From NCBI GenBank assembly GCA_951406725.2, contig OX597818.1:141980001-142044000 (forward strand): a DNA stretch of 64,000 nt, written 5' to 3'. Origin of the DNA: Octopus vulgaris (lineage: Eukaryota). Position 1 is the stretch's first letter. Each line of letters begins with the position of its first letter. This document shows positions 52,301 through 64,000 of the stretch, piece by piece. The notes below the pieces were generated by a model. The model worked only from the letters and a program-made list of their open reading frames with translations. It made no database searches and was not told the DNA's origin. Position numbers and translations under genes: made by a program.

Positions 52301-53061
52301 GTGGCAATCTTTCAGTTTCCATCTACCAAATCCACTGACAAGGCTTTGGTCAGCCCAAGGCTATAGTAGAAGACACTTGCCCAAAGTGTCATGCAGTGGG
52401 ACTGAACCTGGAACCATGTGGTTGGAAAGCACCACATGGGTGCTTCCTTCCAATACAAAGCCAGCAAAATAATTTGACACATCTGCACTCAATTATAAAT
52501 CCTTTGTCAGTTTCTGTCAATAAATTTTCCAGGTGTTTGATGAACTGAACTACCTGTGCATTGAATTGGAGCATAAGTAACTAAGTATTTCACAGACATG
52601 TGTTCCCTTAATATAATTATTTTTACTCTAGGCACAAGGCCTTGAACATTTTTTGGGGAAGGGGCTAATTAATTACATCGACCTCAGTGTGTAACTGGTA
52701 CTTATTTCATTGATCCCTGAAAGGCTAAGTCGACCTCAGTGCAATTTGAACTCTGAACGTAGCAGCAGACAAAATACCGCTAAGCATTTCACCCGGTGTG
52801 CTAACAACTCTGCCCGCTTGCCACCTTACTGTATCCATAATATAATATTTAGGCAGAATATTGTGTGTGTGTGTGACAAAGCTTGTTCTTAAAAATGTAG
52901 TTACAGTCCATCAAGGAGGCTTCCATACAGTTTCTCTTAACTGAATTCTATTTACAGGTCTTAGGTTAACCTGACACTGCCATTCAATGCAATTAGACAC
53001 ATGACCTGATGACTACAAAACAGGCTTTTTAACAATTTCAGATGCTATGCACACACACACT

Positions 53062-53093
<32 letters not shown>

Positions 53094-53259
53094 TCTAGAA
53101 TTGTACTACTAAAAACCATTTACATTGAAAGATTTATGTAATTTTGCATACAATTACAAATACATATTTAACCTGCATTTTTAATATACTATTTGTTCCT
53201 ACTCTTCTTTCTCTCCTTTTCTGATTCTCTCTCTCTCTCTCTCCTTCCCTCTATTTGTT

Positions 53260-53305
<46 letters not shown>

Positions 53306-54100
53306 TTTGACTTTCTACCTAACATCATTATTTGCTTGACCTTTTTATCTGAATGATATCCAACAGCTCCACCACTTGACTTCATGTCTCTTTTTTTATA
53401 TCACTTGAGATATTCCAAGATGGGGGTGGGGGTGGGGTGGGGTGGGGTGGGGGTGGGCGGGATAGTGCAGAACAATAGAGGAAGTAACCACCATAACCAC
53501 CTCTCCTATACCCTGACTAAAAGTTACTTATATAACTACCACTACTACCAGTTTGAAAAAAAAAAAACTATGCAGCGTGGTACTAATACCTTTAAAAATG
53601 ATTGTGCTACTCTCTTATCCAGTCTCCTCCTCCTTTTACTTTCTAGCCTACTTTTTCAGCAAGAAAACTGTTGTTTTCATATTTTCCTTGTCTTTTTAAT
53701 ATTTACAGGGTTCAAATCCTACTGAAGTTAGCTTTTTATTCTTTCAGAGTCAATAAAATTAACGTACCAGTTAAGTACTGGGGTCAGTATATTAGACTAT
53801 ACTCTTTTACCTCAAATCTGAGATTTATATTGTCTAAAAAACAAAATCATCATTTGTCAGGGTTTTGTTGCTGTTCAGCTCCAGATCAGCAATGGCTCTC
53901 AGCTAGTTGATCATTTTTTAATGAAAGTTGTCTGTTTTTTTCCTACTTGGTGATCTTTCACCAAGGCCTATGAGAAATGGCTGTTGAGGGGTATATTGTG
54001 CCCAGGGCTTTCAGTCTTGCTGTGATCTTCCTCTCCAAAATAAACTTTAAATCCTCTGATAAAATTCGTTTCAGAGTCTTTGACTTATATCATGTATTAA

Positions 54101-54310
54101 CCCTTTCGTTACCAAACTGGCTCTGGCTCTGAGTACAAATGTCTTGTTTTCATAAGTTCTGAATTGAAATCTTCCACCAAACCTTAGTCACAATTTATGT
54201 TCCTAACACTCACTGAATGATAACTAAGTTATTTTACTAAATTCTTTGTTATATTTTAAGTAATTGAAAGAAATACAGAGCATCTCAACAGAAATACAGT
54301 AACGAAAGGG
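54101..54310. mobile_element. piggyBac-type MITE
   Basis: TTAA on both sides; TIR CCCTTTCGTTAC / GTAACGAAAGGG. Confidence 0.9.
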
Positions 54311-55605
54311 TTAAACTTTTAGTAACCAACCAAGAATCCTTTCAATCTAGTTACTAATCTTGTCAGCTAGTTCTGCAGCTACCAATTTTATTCCCTTTAT
54401 TCTTAGAATATGTGTAAAAAAAACCCCAAAAAAACTAGCTTTAGAATACTGAACATTTTTAACAACTTTGTTAAATACTGAAATATGTCTTCCAGAAATA
54501 ATTACCCCTGAAATCAAATTTTTCAAACTCCTTTCTCAACTTCATTTTTAATCCAAAATATTTACCAAAAAAACCCCCAGTTTTTTAAATATAAAGGGTT
54601 TGAGTTCATTCTAATTTTGATCTCAAATTTTGGCACAAGACCAGCAATTTTGTGGGAGGGGATAAGTCAATTACATTGACCCCAGTGTTTAACTGGTACT
54701 TAATTTATCACCCTGCAAGGGATGAAAGCAAAGTTGACCTCAGTGAAATTTGAACTCAGAACATAAAGTTCATTCTAATATTAAAGTAGTAAACATCAAC
54801 TTCAATGAAACCATGAACTCCACTCTGGTGAAGTTATAATCCCAACTTTACACTGCAACATACATCTATCAGAATAAACCTCTGATCTTTAAAGATCACA
54901 TAAAAAGAAATAAATACTTAGGGCATCCTTCAAAGCTTTCTATATAACTGCATCAGAGGACAATGCTCGTTGTTCTGCAGCAATTAAATAAGAATCGGGT
55001 ACCTCTGTGCATCCACCTTTCCAGTAATTGCTCAATTTGTACAACTGAAACCAAGACAGTACTATTAAATTTTCCACACATGCATGTGCCCACACATACG
55101 GAACCAAGTATAACTAGCCATTTTTCTCAAAACTTGAAATCACATCACCCTTATATCTTGAGGTTTGTTATAAAACAAGTTTTCTTCTATAGTTTTCATA
55201 CTATACTATGTCTCAGGGGCCACAGTATAGAATGTAATTGGTTAAAATGGCTGATTGGCTGAGTTATGTGAGCATCAGGTAGATTGCATTGAGATGCTTG
55301 TTCCAGCTCCCTGTGCTCTGTGTTCAAACCATTCTGAGCTTAGCTGTACCCTTCATCTTTCTGAGGTCAAAAAAATACTGGTCCTGCACTGGGTCAATTC
55401 CTCTCTCTCTCAATCTGTTGTGGCCAAACCTTTAGAGAGATGGACTCCACTAGATCTAAAAATTTGCAAGCCATGCCAAGGCAAGGTGTGTTGCTGTTAC
55501 CAACATTCTAGATGCGAAAAAAAACAATTGAATAGCTAGAAAAACTTTACAAACAAACAAACCGTGTCAATATCCTATGAGATTTTAAAAGTCATATAAA
55601 GATCT

Positions 55606-55989
55606 GGAAGCACTCCGTCGGTTACGACGATGAGGGTTCCGGTTGATCCGAACAACGGAACAGCCTGCTCATGAAATTAACGTGTAAGTGGCTGAGCACT
55701 CCACAGACACGTGTACCCTCAACGTAGTTCTCGGGGATATTCAGCGTGACACAGAGAGTGACAAGGCCGGCTCTTTGAAATACAGGTACAACAGAAACAG
55801 GAAGAAAGAGTGAGAGAAAGTTGTGGTGAAAGAGTACAGCAGGGATCACCACCACCCCCTGCCGGAGCCTCGTGGAGCTTTAGGTGTTTTCGCTCAATAA
55901 ACACTCACAACGCCTGGTCTGGGAATCGAAACCGCGATCCTACGACCGCGAGTCCGCTGCCCTAACCTCTGGGCCATTGCGCCTCCATG
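55606..55989 (-). mobile_element. SINE family 1, tail A
   Basis: 12-bp TSD ATATAAAGATCT. Confidence 0.92.
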
Positions 55990-56668
55990 ATATAAAGATC
56001 TACAAGTCATATAAACAGAAGGTCCTAAGTGAGATGAGATATAAAAGTATATTACTAATTTCGTGGAGTCCATCATTCTATTAATGACATAATCCTTCAT
56101 CATTGTAAAGCTGTTCATAACCATCTCCATATTGGATGTTGCTGGATAAATCCTCTTAGCTATCAAACAGTGAACTGCCATCAGATATTCTTTTACAGGC
56201 TTCAGTCATTGAACTCTGGCTATGTTGAGGCGCTGCCTTCATAGTTTTTGCTTCAAAACCACATGGTTTTGAGTTCTATCTCACTGTGTGGCACCTTCAA
56301 CAAATGTCTTAGACTGACAAATGCCTTGTGAATGAAATTGGTAGATTAAAACTATGGAAGCTCACTGTGTGTGTATGAATGTTGATATTCTGCATCTCCT
56401 CACATGACACAACTTGAACAGAATGATGATGTCATACTTTTCTTTCTGTTTAAATAATGTCTTGTTGCTCTGTGTGCTTGTGAAGACCAGTGAAATAAAG
56501 AAAAATCCCTTACTTTAACAACCAGGTAAAGTTTGGTGGCAAGAATAAAATTCAGGTGTAAAACACTGTCCAAATGTCTTCATGTAACCTATTGAAAAGC
56601 ATAGATAAAAATGAATGAGTGAGTAAAAATATTAACAGGAGTTAAGAAACAGGCCCCTCAGACTTTAA

Positions 56669-56888
56669 CCCTTTAACGTTCAAATGACTCAGTCAAGTGT
56701 GATGTTTCTTTAATCACATGGTTTTGAATTAATCATGCATTGTCTCATAGCTTAAAGATTTTGATTATGTGATTGTTTATTCTCAGAGGGATATTGTTGG
56801 GTAAGTGTGAGAGGCTGGATCTGGTCAGTTTGAACCTAAAGCAGGTAGAATATTTGGAGCAGATATGGCCAGTTTAAATGCTAATGGG
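56669..56888. mobile_element. piggyBac-type MITE (second family)
   Basis: TTAA-CCCTTTAACGTTCAAA ... TTTAAATGCTAATGGG-TTAA. Confidence 0.75.
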
Positions 56889-56892
56889 TTAA

Positions 56893-57614
56893 CCCTTTTG
56901 TTACCATATTTCTGTTGAGATGCTCTGTGTTTCTTTCAATTATTATAAACTAGCAGTATCGCCTGGCGTTGCTCGGGTTTGTAAGGGAAATAACTATATA
57001 AGCATTTTTAGAGAGTTCCTTCCCTTATAGATGCCAATTCAGGCTTTCTTAGCCATTTCTGTTTTGGTGTCTTCAAGCCATGAAGTCGTTGTTCTAAAAG
57101 AATGCTGGTCTCCTTGACAACGCTTTACGACGTTGATTTCCTTACACTCCCTTCCCCACAGCTTCACGAGGGAGGGAAGAAGGGGAGAAGCAAACAGGTG
57201 CAGGTGTGACCATGGACGCCAACTCCGCCGCCATCGACACACGAAAAATTATGCATTAAAATGGAATAAAAAATGATGTTAAATTATTTTTAAAATCGTA
57301 GACTCATCGTAGACACGCGCTAATAGCCAGACGGGCTCGATATGAATCACGACTATAAGATACCCGGTTTTGGTTAAACTGCACTGCAAAATGTGGGAGT
57401 AGTTAGGAATCTAAATCGAAGGGGACAGACACTCACACAACTACAGTTTTATATATATAGATATAACAAAGAATTTTGTAAAATAACTTAGTTGTCATTA
57501 AGCTAATGTTAGGAACACAAATTGTGACTGAGGTTTGGTGGAAGATTTTAATTCAGAACTTACGAAAACAAGACATTTGTACTACAGAACCAGAGCCGGT
57601 TGGTATCAAAAGGG
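56893..57614. mobile_element. piggyBac-type MITE (same family as 54101, inverted) split by a Helitron
   Basis: TTAA flanks; the two halves rejoin to match the reverse complement of 54101-54310. Confidence 0.88.
56950..57461 (-). mobile_element. Complete non-autonomous Helitron (512 bp)
   Basis: Minus strand starts TC(TATATATATAAAAC) and ends with imperfect hairpin CCCGAGCAACGCCAGG, then CTAG; inserted between A and T with no TSD. Confidence 0.9.
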
Positions 57615-58334
57615 TTAAACAAAACATACTTCAACTATGCCATATTGGTGGGAAAATTCCATGTATGACAAGAAACACTAATTAACTGAGTGGAGTGGTG
57701 GTGGGAGTCATTCAATAAGTGTAGCTTCTTAAACAGTGACACATTTATAGAGAATTTCTTTGTAGGAATAATAAAAAGTAATAAGAAAATAATTATGCTG
57801 TTGGTGGCAGTGGCTGTTGCTGCTGTTGTTGTTGTTCAAATATTAAGTCTTTTATCATAATTAAACTCCATTAGTTCTCTAGATTCCCAGGCTAACTTAT
57901 TTGAATTCCTAAACTTCATAATGAATAATAAAAGCAAGTATATGAATGTAGGTGGGGTATGAAAATTCAAATGAACAGGTTTTTATTGTTCACTCTTGCT
58001 TTCATGATTTTTCTTTTTCTTTTTTTTTCTGTCTTTTTCTCAATTCCTTTCTGTCTTATTCTGAATCTTGTTTTCTAAGGTTATCTAGTGTCATTGAATC
58101 TCTTGTCCTGTGTACACATTAATATTTAGGGGGTGATATGTTCAGGTTTCTTGTTCCACCATTTAAGCTATTTATAACTGGGTGAAGTGAACCAGTGAGA
58201 ACTGTCTTGCTTTGCTTTTGAGTATCAGCACAGTACCAATGATAAAATAAATCTGAATCTATCACATGGCAAATTTGCTTACAAGTTTATCTTAAATTAA
58301 TTATATATATATATATATTCTCTCTCTCTATGTA

Positions 58335-58600
58335 TGTAACTGAAAAAAAATTTGGAGTCAACAAGTAGTACAGTTGGACATTTATTTTCAATCACTACAA
58401 TTGTTTCTATGCAACGTAGCTCTCCAGGCTTGTTGGTACTTGATTATGCAACTGTTTTCTTGCATTATGAGATGTAGTTGTTTCCACAGGCGATATGTAA
58501 ATATTGTCTCCATAAGTTCCAATTCTCTGCTTTAAGAACATGCTCTCTGTCTGTCATTAATAACCACTGAATTTGTTGTTGCTGAAGAACCATTGGCATG
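58335..58600 (-). mobile_element. Family H4 element, hammerhead-like fold at 58391-58494
   Basis: ATCGC-CTGTGGA..GAAAC-AATT-GT-A/GTGAT; aligns with the 20841 copy. Confidence 0.55.
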
Positions 58601-58602
58601 AC

Positions 58603-58664
<62 letters not shown>

Positions 58665-58721
58665 TGTATGTTCCATCCAACCCATGCTAGCATGGAAAAT
58701 GGATGTTAAACGATGATGATG

Positions 58722-58759
<38 letters not shown>

Positions 58760-58761
<2 letters not shown>

Positions 58762-59100
58762 GTTTATGTATTTGTTTTGTAAGAATTTTGATGTGAAATC
58801 GTGTGTTGAAACAGATATTGTTGTATTTAGGAATGGTCATTTTGCCAGTTTAGCCAATAAAAATGCATGCACTATATATTTGGTGTTACTTTGCTTCAGT
58901 GTTATTTATTTTTTACTTTAATCTTAATCTTATTTCAGCCAGAGTTCTTTCGTCACACTTCTGTGACCACATCAGTGGTCCTTTGCTTTCTTCTTTCTTA
59001 TTTGTGTGTCCCTCCTTACTAACGGTCAGCCATTTTGTATTCCTATTGTATGTGTCTTCATTTGCGCATGCGTATACCTCTATGTGTGTCTATGTTTAGT
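58760..59100 (-). mobile_element. Family H5 element, hammerhead-like fold at 58937-58981
   Basis: GGACCA-CTGATGTG-GTCACA(GAAG)TGTGAC-GAAA-GAAC-T-C/TGGCT. Confidence 0.62.
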
Positions 59101-59204
59101 TAGTGGGGGGGGGGGAGTGCCTGTAATATTTGTATCGCCTGTTTATATACGTTCGTGTAATTTGTTTTTGTTTATTTTTATTTTGTTCATGTGTTTACAC
59201 CTAC

Positions 59205-59263
<59 letters not shown>

Positions 59264-59472
59264 TTTAATGTATATAGTTATTTACTTCCATTTGTTTATT
59301 TATCTGTGTATTTTATTGTTTTTAGTTTTGTTTATATTGTTACCAGTTTATGGGGATCTTCTTCTGTCATATGCTGTGGTGTGTGCTAGTGTTCCATTCC
59401 AGTTTCCTATTCAGGCTAGGTTTATCTTCTATTATGCGTGTAGCTTCCGTAATTTGTCTGATTGTTGTGTCT

Positions 59473-61018
59473 GTGCTGTGTGTGAAGAGATGGAGAGACT
59501 TAGAGACACCATTATGAAAGGCTGCTAAATGAAGAGAATGAATGAGAGAAAGAAAGTCTGCCAAATGTTGACCCAACAGAGAGACCAGCTATCCAAATTG
59601 ACAGTACTTTTGTAGATTAAAGCAATTAAGGGTATGAAGACAGGGAAAGTCCCTGGTCCATCAGGAATCACTGCTGAGCTGCTTAAAATATCTGGCAGTG
59701 TCGGCTATAGCACAGTCAGCCGTATAGTTAACCAGGTAATACATGAAGGAGTCATAAACAATAACTGGTGTAGCAGCACCATAGTAAACTGCTACAAAGG
59801 TAAAGGTGATGCCTTAGATAGAAATAATTACAAAGGTATCAAATTATTGGATCAGGTGATGAAAGTCTCAGAGAGGGTCATAGCCCAACTAATTAGGGAG
59901 AGAGTTAGTTTAGATGTGATGTTGTTTGGGTGGGTTTGTGCCTGGAAAAAGCACCACTGATGCTATATTTCTGATAAAACTGCAGGAGAAATTTCTAACT
60001 AAAGATAAACCTCTGTACTTGGTTTTTGTTGACATGAAGAAAGCTTTTGATGGGGTCCTTCGAGCCCTTATCTGGTGGTCAATGCAGAAACTAATGATAA
60101 ATGAGTGGTTAGTGAGAGCTGTACAAGCCATGTACAGGGATGTTGACTGTAAGGTAAGGGTTGGCAACGAGTATAATAAAGAATTCAGGATACAAGTAGG
60201 GGATCAGCTAAGATCAGTCCTTAGCCTCCATTTAGTCCTCCAGAAAATAACAGAGGAATTCAAGACAGGCTGCCCCTGGGAGACCCACTATGCAGATGAC
60301 CTTACTCTAATAGCTGAGTCATTACCAGAACTAGAGAAGTTTCAGGTGTGGAAGCAAGGTCTAGAATTGAAGGGCCTTAGAATTAACCTAGCAAAAACCA
60401 AAGTCTTAGTAAGTAGAAAGGCAGACAAATCACAAATCCCTTCAGGTAGATAGCCCTGCTCAATCTATAGAAAAGGCATTGGTAGAAGCTCCATAAGATG
60501 TACCTGGTGTAAGCTATGGACACATATGAGGTGCAACAATATCAAAAGAAGGTTAACTGGGAAGATAGTCTTTTGTATGTGACAGATGCACAAGTGCAAT
60601 AAACACGGACGATGTACAGAAAATAGATTCCATCACATGCCAGGAGAAAAAACTAGTAGTTGATAACTTCTCTTATCTGGGGTGGATGCTCTGAGAGCAT
60701 AGCTGCTAGAATAATAGCCTGGGCAAAGGTCAGAGAGCTCCTAATTCTGCTGGTCACTGTAGACTGTATGATGCCTGTGTGTGAACACAGCAGTGAAACA
60801 TGAGCTGTGACTGCTGAGGACATGCATAGGCTTGAAAGAAATGAAATCAGTACGCTCCACTGGATGTCTAAAGTCAGTATGTGTACACAACAGAGTGTAA
60901 GCGCCCTGAGAGGAAAGTAGGACATAAGAAACGTCAGTTTTATTTTGCAAGAGAGACAACCGTGCTGGTATGGTCATGTGATGCACATGGATGAGGACAG
61001 TTGTGTGAAGAAGTGGAG
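59473..61018 (+). mobile_element. RTE-clade LINE reverse-transcriptase pseudogene fragment
   Basis: MKTGKVPGPSGITAELLK..YKGKGD..NYKGIKLL; FVPGKSTTDAIF..FVDMKKAFD..YADDL..GLRINLAKTK; WYGHVMHM; multiple frameshifts. Confidence 0.92.
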
Positions 61019-61859
61019 GGAACCTGTGGCCCGTTTAAAAGCACCCTTCAATTGCTGGGCAATATGCCGTCCTTGTGAAGACCTGTTGAACCGAGTGACA
61101 TTGTGGTTATGGTTGATGCCAGTACCACCTAACTGACACCTGTACTGGTGGCACATAAAAAGCACCATTCAAACTTGGCCTATGCCAGTGCTGCCTTACT
61201 GGTTCCTGTGCTGGTGGCACATACTACACTCTTGGAGTGATTGGCATTAAGAAGGGCATCAAGCTGTAGAAACCTTGCCAAATCAGATTGGGGCCTGGTG
61301 CAGCCTCCTGGCTTACCAGTTCTCTGTCAACCCTCCAACCCATGTCAGCATGGAAAGCAGATGTTAAACAGTGATGGTGATGATGCATGTATTGCAAGAA
61401 ACATTTTACATAGTAACATTCTACATAGTTCAACTTACACAAGTTAATATGTGAAATAAGTTTCTATAAAACTGTTTTTTAAACATCGAATGACTATGGA
61501 AGTCCACCAGGATAAAATAATAATCAAAGGGGTCTAAAGATAAAAAATGGTTGAGAACTCCTGAACTAGGCAAATACTGACCAAGAATAAATGTATTACA
61601 TGGAGTAGAAGTACAGCTCAGTAATTTTAATGCTTTTGACCTCATGACCTTGTCTTGCAAAGCTCAGTAAACACAATCATAACTTTTGAGATAAAATTAT
61701 GGTCCTGGATTATTTATCATGCAGTCTAGAGTTCATATTCTGCTAGAGCCATTGTTTTTTTAAAGATAAAGCTAATTTCTCTACTAAATACATTTCTTGC
61801 TTTCCTAGGGGTTTTTTTTTTCTCCTGCTTTAATTGTTGTTGGACTTGCAAATTTGTTC

Positions 61860-62740
61860 CAATTCTTTACATTCTGAGTTCAAATCTGCTGAGGTCAGCT
61901 TTGCATTCCATTCTTTCAGGATCAGAAATATAAAGTACCAGTCACTGTTGGGACCAATATAATTAACTATCCCCTTCTTGACCTTGTGCCTAAATTACTA
62001 GAAACCATTATTATCTTCATTATTATTATCATCATTATTATTATTATTATTTTTATGGTGGTGATCTGGCAGAATTATTAGTGTGCTGGGCAAAATGCTT
62101 AGTATTTTGCCTGTTGCTACGTTTTGAGTTGAAATTCTGCCGAGGTCGACATTGCTTTTCATCCTTTCGGGGTCAATAAAATAAGTACCAGTTGAATACT
62201 GGCGTTGATGTAATTGGCTGGTCCCCTTCCCCGAATTGCTGCCCTTGTGGCAAAATTTGAAGCCATTATTATTATTATCAATATTATAAAGAAGTTGGTG
62301 AGCTGGCAGAATCGTTGGCATGCTGGACGAAATGCTTAGCAGTATTTTCGCCGACCGCTATGTTTTGAGTTCAAATTTCACCGAGGTTGACTTTAGCTTT
62401 TATCCTTTTGGGGGTCAATAAATTAAGTACCAGTTGTGAACTGTGGTCGATGTGGTCAACTCACCCCTTGCCCCAAATTTCAGGCCTTGTGCCTTTAGTA
62501 GAAAGGATTATTATTATTATTAAGGCAACAAGTTGGCAGAATCATTAGCACACTGGTGAAGGTGCTTAGTGGTATTTTATCCATCTTTGTTCTGAGTTCA
62601 AATTCCACTGAAATCAACTTTGCCTTTCATCCTTTTAGGATCAATAAATTAAGTACCAGTTGTGTACTGGGGTTGATGTAATCCCTTCTCCTGAAATTTC
62701 AGGCCTTGTGCCATGTGTAGAAAGGATTATTATTATTATG
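61860..62740 (+). mobile_element. Cluster of four tandem SINE family 2 copies separated by (ATT)n
   Basis: Repeated family core with progressive CpG loss. Confidence 0.82.
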
Positions 62741-63607
62741 GAGTCAGCACAGTGAAGAAATAGAGCATAGGGGTCACTGTTGGTCAACATTGACTGACCC
62801 TCAGTGTAGAGGGCTGGACTAAGTACCACAAGGTAGTCTATCCAATATTCAAAGAACTCTGTCAGTTCCCTACCTTAATCCTTCTGTCTTCATAAATGAA
62901 AAATTTAGATAATGTAGTCCTACATATTCCTCAAAAGATGAGATGGTCTTACACTTTATTATAGATATACTAGATCAGAACTTACTTGAAGCTAACAAAC
63001 ATACAGCAAGACAGACCACTAACAGCAATTTTACACTGGTTCCCAATTAGTTCAGTGTAGAGGAGAAATCTCTGACGAGAAACGTTGGAAACTCTTGTGA
63101 GTGAAATTATTCTAAACTTTAGGACATGTGGAAGCATGTGGCTTACAGGTTAGGGTGTTTCACTCCTGATCATATGATTGTGGTTTCAATTCCTTGATTT
63201 GGGTGATCAATTGTTTTTTTTGAGTAAAACACTTTATTTCGTGTTGCTCCAGTCCACTCAGCTGGCAAAAGTGAGCAATCCTACAAACCAATTTTATGAG
63301 CCTATGGCTTGAGAAGGACCTTTATTTTTTGTGTCATTTTTTTTTTAAGGCTCTGCAGTTAAGACACGAGTGTAGGCATACCAGTGTGGTTAAGAAATTC
63401 ACTTTGCAACTATGTAATTTAAGTTTCAACCCCACTGGTTTCATCACTGAATTATTCTGTAGTTAAGGCATCTAAATCAAATGCATACTGCAAAGTGAGG
63501 GGAAAAAAAAGAAACTATTGTGATTTTGGTTGCAAGAGGTACTTAACAGCTGTTATTATAGGGCCTTTGTCAGTAAAGATTGCATTTGCACATATATGTG
63601 TAGGATT

Positions 63608-64000
63608 CTTTTACTCTTTTACTTGTTTCAGTCATTTGACTATGGCCATGCTGGGGCACCGCCTTTAGTTGAGCAAATTGATCCCAGAACTTATTCTTTG
63701 TAAGCCTAGTACTTATTCTATCAGTCTCTTTTGCTGAATCGCTAAGTTACGGGGATGTAAACACACTGGCATCAGTTGTCAAGCAATGTTGGGGGGACAA
63801 ATACAGACACACAAACATAAACACACACACACATACATGTATATATATATATATGTGTGTGTGTATATATATATATATATATCCACACACATACATATAT
63901 ATACGACAGGCTTCTTTCAGTTTCCATCTACCAAATCCACTCACAAGGCTTTGGTCGGCCCGAGGCTATTGTAGAAGACACTTGCCCAAGGTGTTACGCA
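63608..64000 (-). mobile_element. tRNA-SINE family 3, runs off the right edge
   Basis: Aligns with 46176-46575. Confidence 0.88.

Overview
Eukaryotic, AT-rich, repeat-saturated DNA with no intact protein-coding gene. The SINE families and microsatellite load suggest an octopus (coleoid cephalopod) genome; this is recognition by eye, not a database result. 1-16.3 kb: three abutting tandem arrays (58-bp purine-rich satellite, 23-bp satellite with three orientation switches, long TATG tracts) interrupted by CR1-type LINE ends and SINEs. 16-64 kb: nested transposons (several tRNA-SINE families, RTE LINE pieces, DD41D, DD36E and mariner Tc1/mariner elements, a Merlin element with two related MITEs, piggyBac MITEs, a Helitron Rep fragment, a complete non-autonomous Helitron). 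Old SINE copies keep their CpGs left of ~34 kb and have lost them to the right, which suggests a methylated gene body (long intron) after a putative non-coding first exon near 30 kb. The most interesting signal, invisible in the ORF track, is at least five families of short Penelope-like elements that each carry a type I hammerhead ribozyme fold: about 10 copies, mostly abutting (TA)n/(CATA)n, with covarying stems and recurrent non-canonical core bases. Nearly all listed ORFs are artefacts of repeats or decayed transposon frames.
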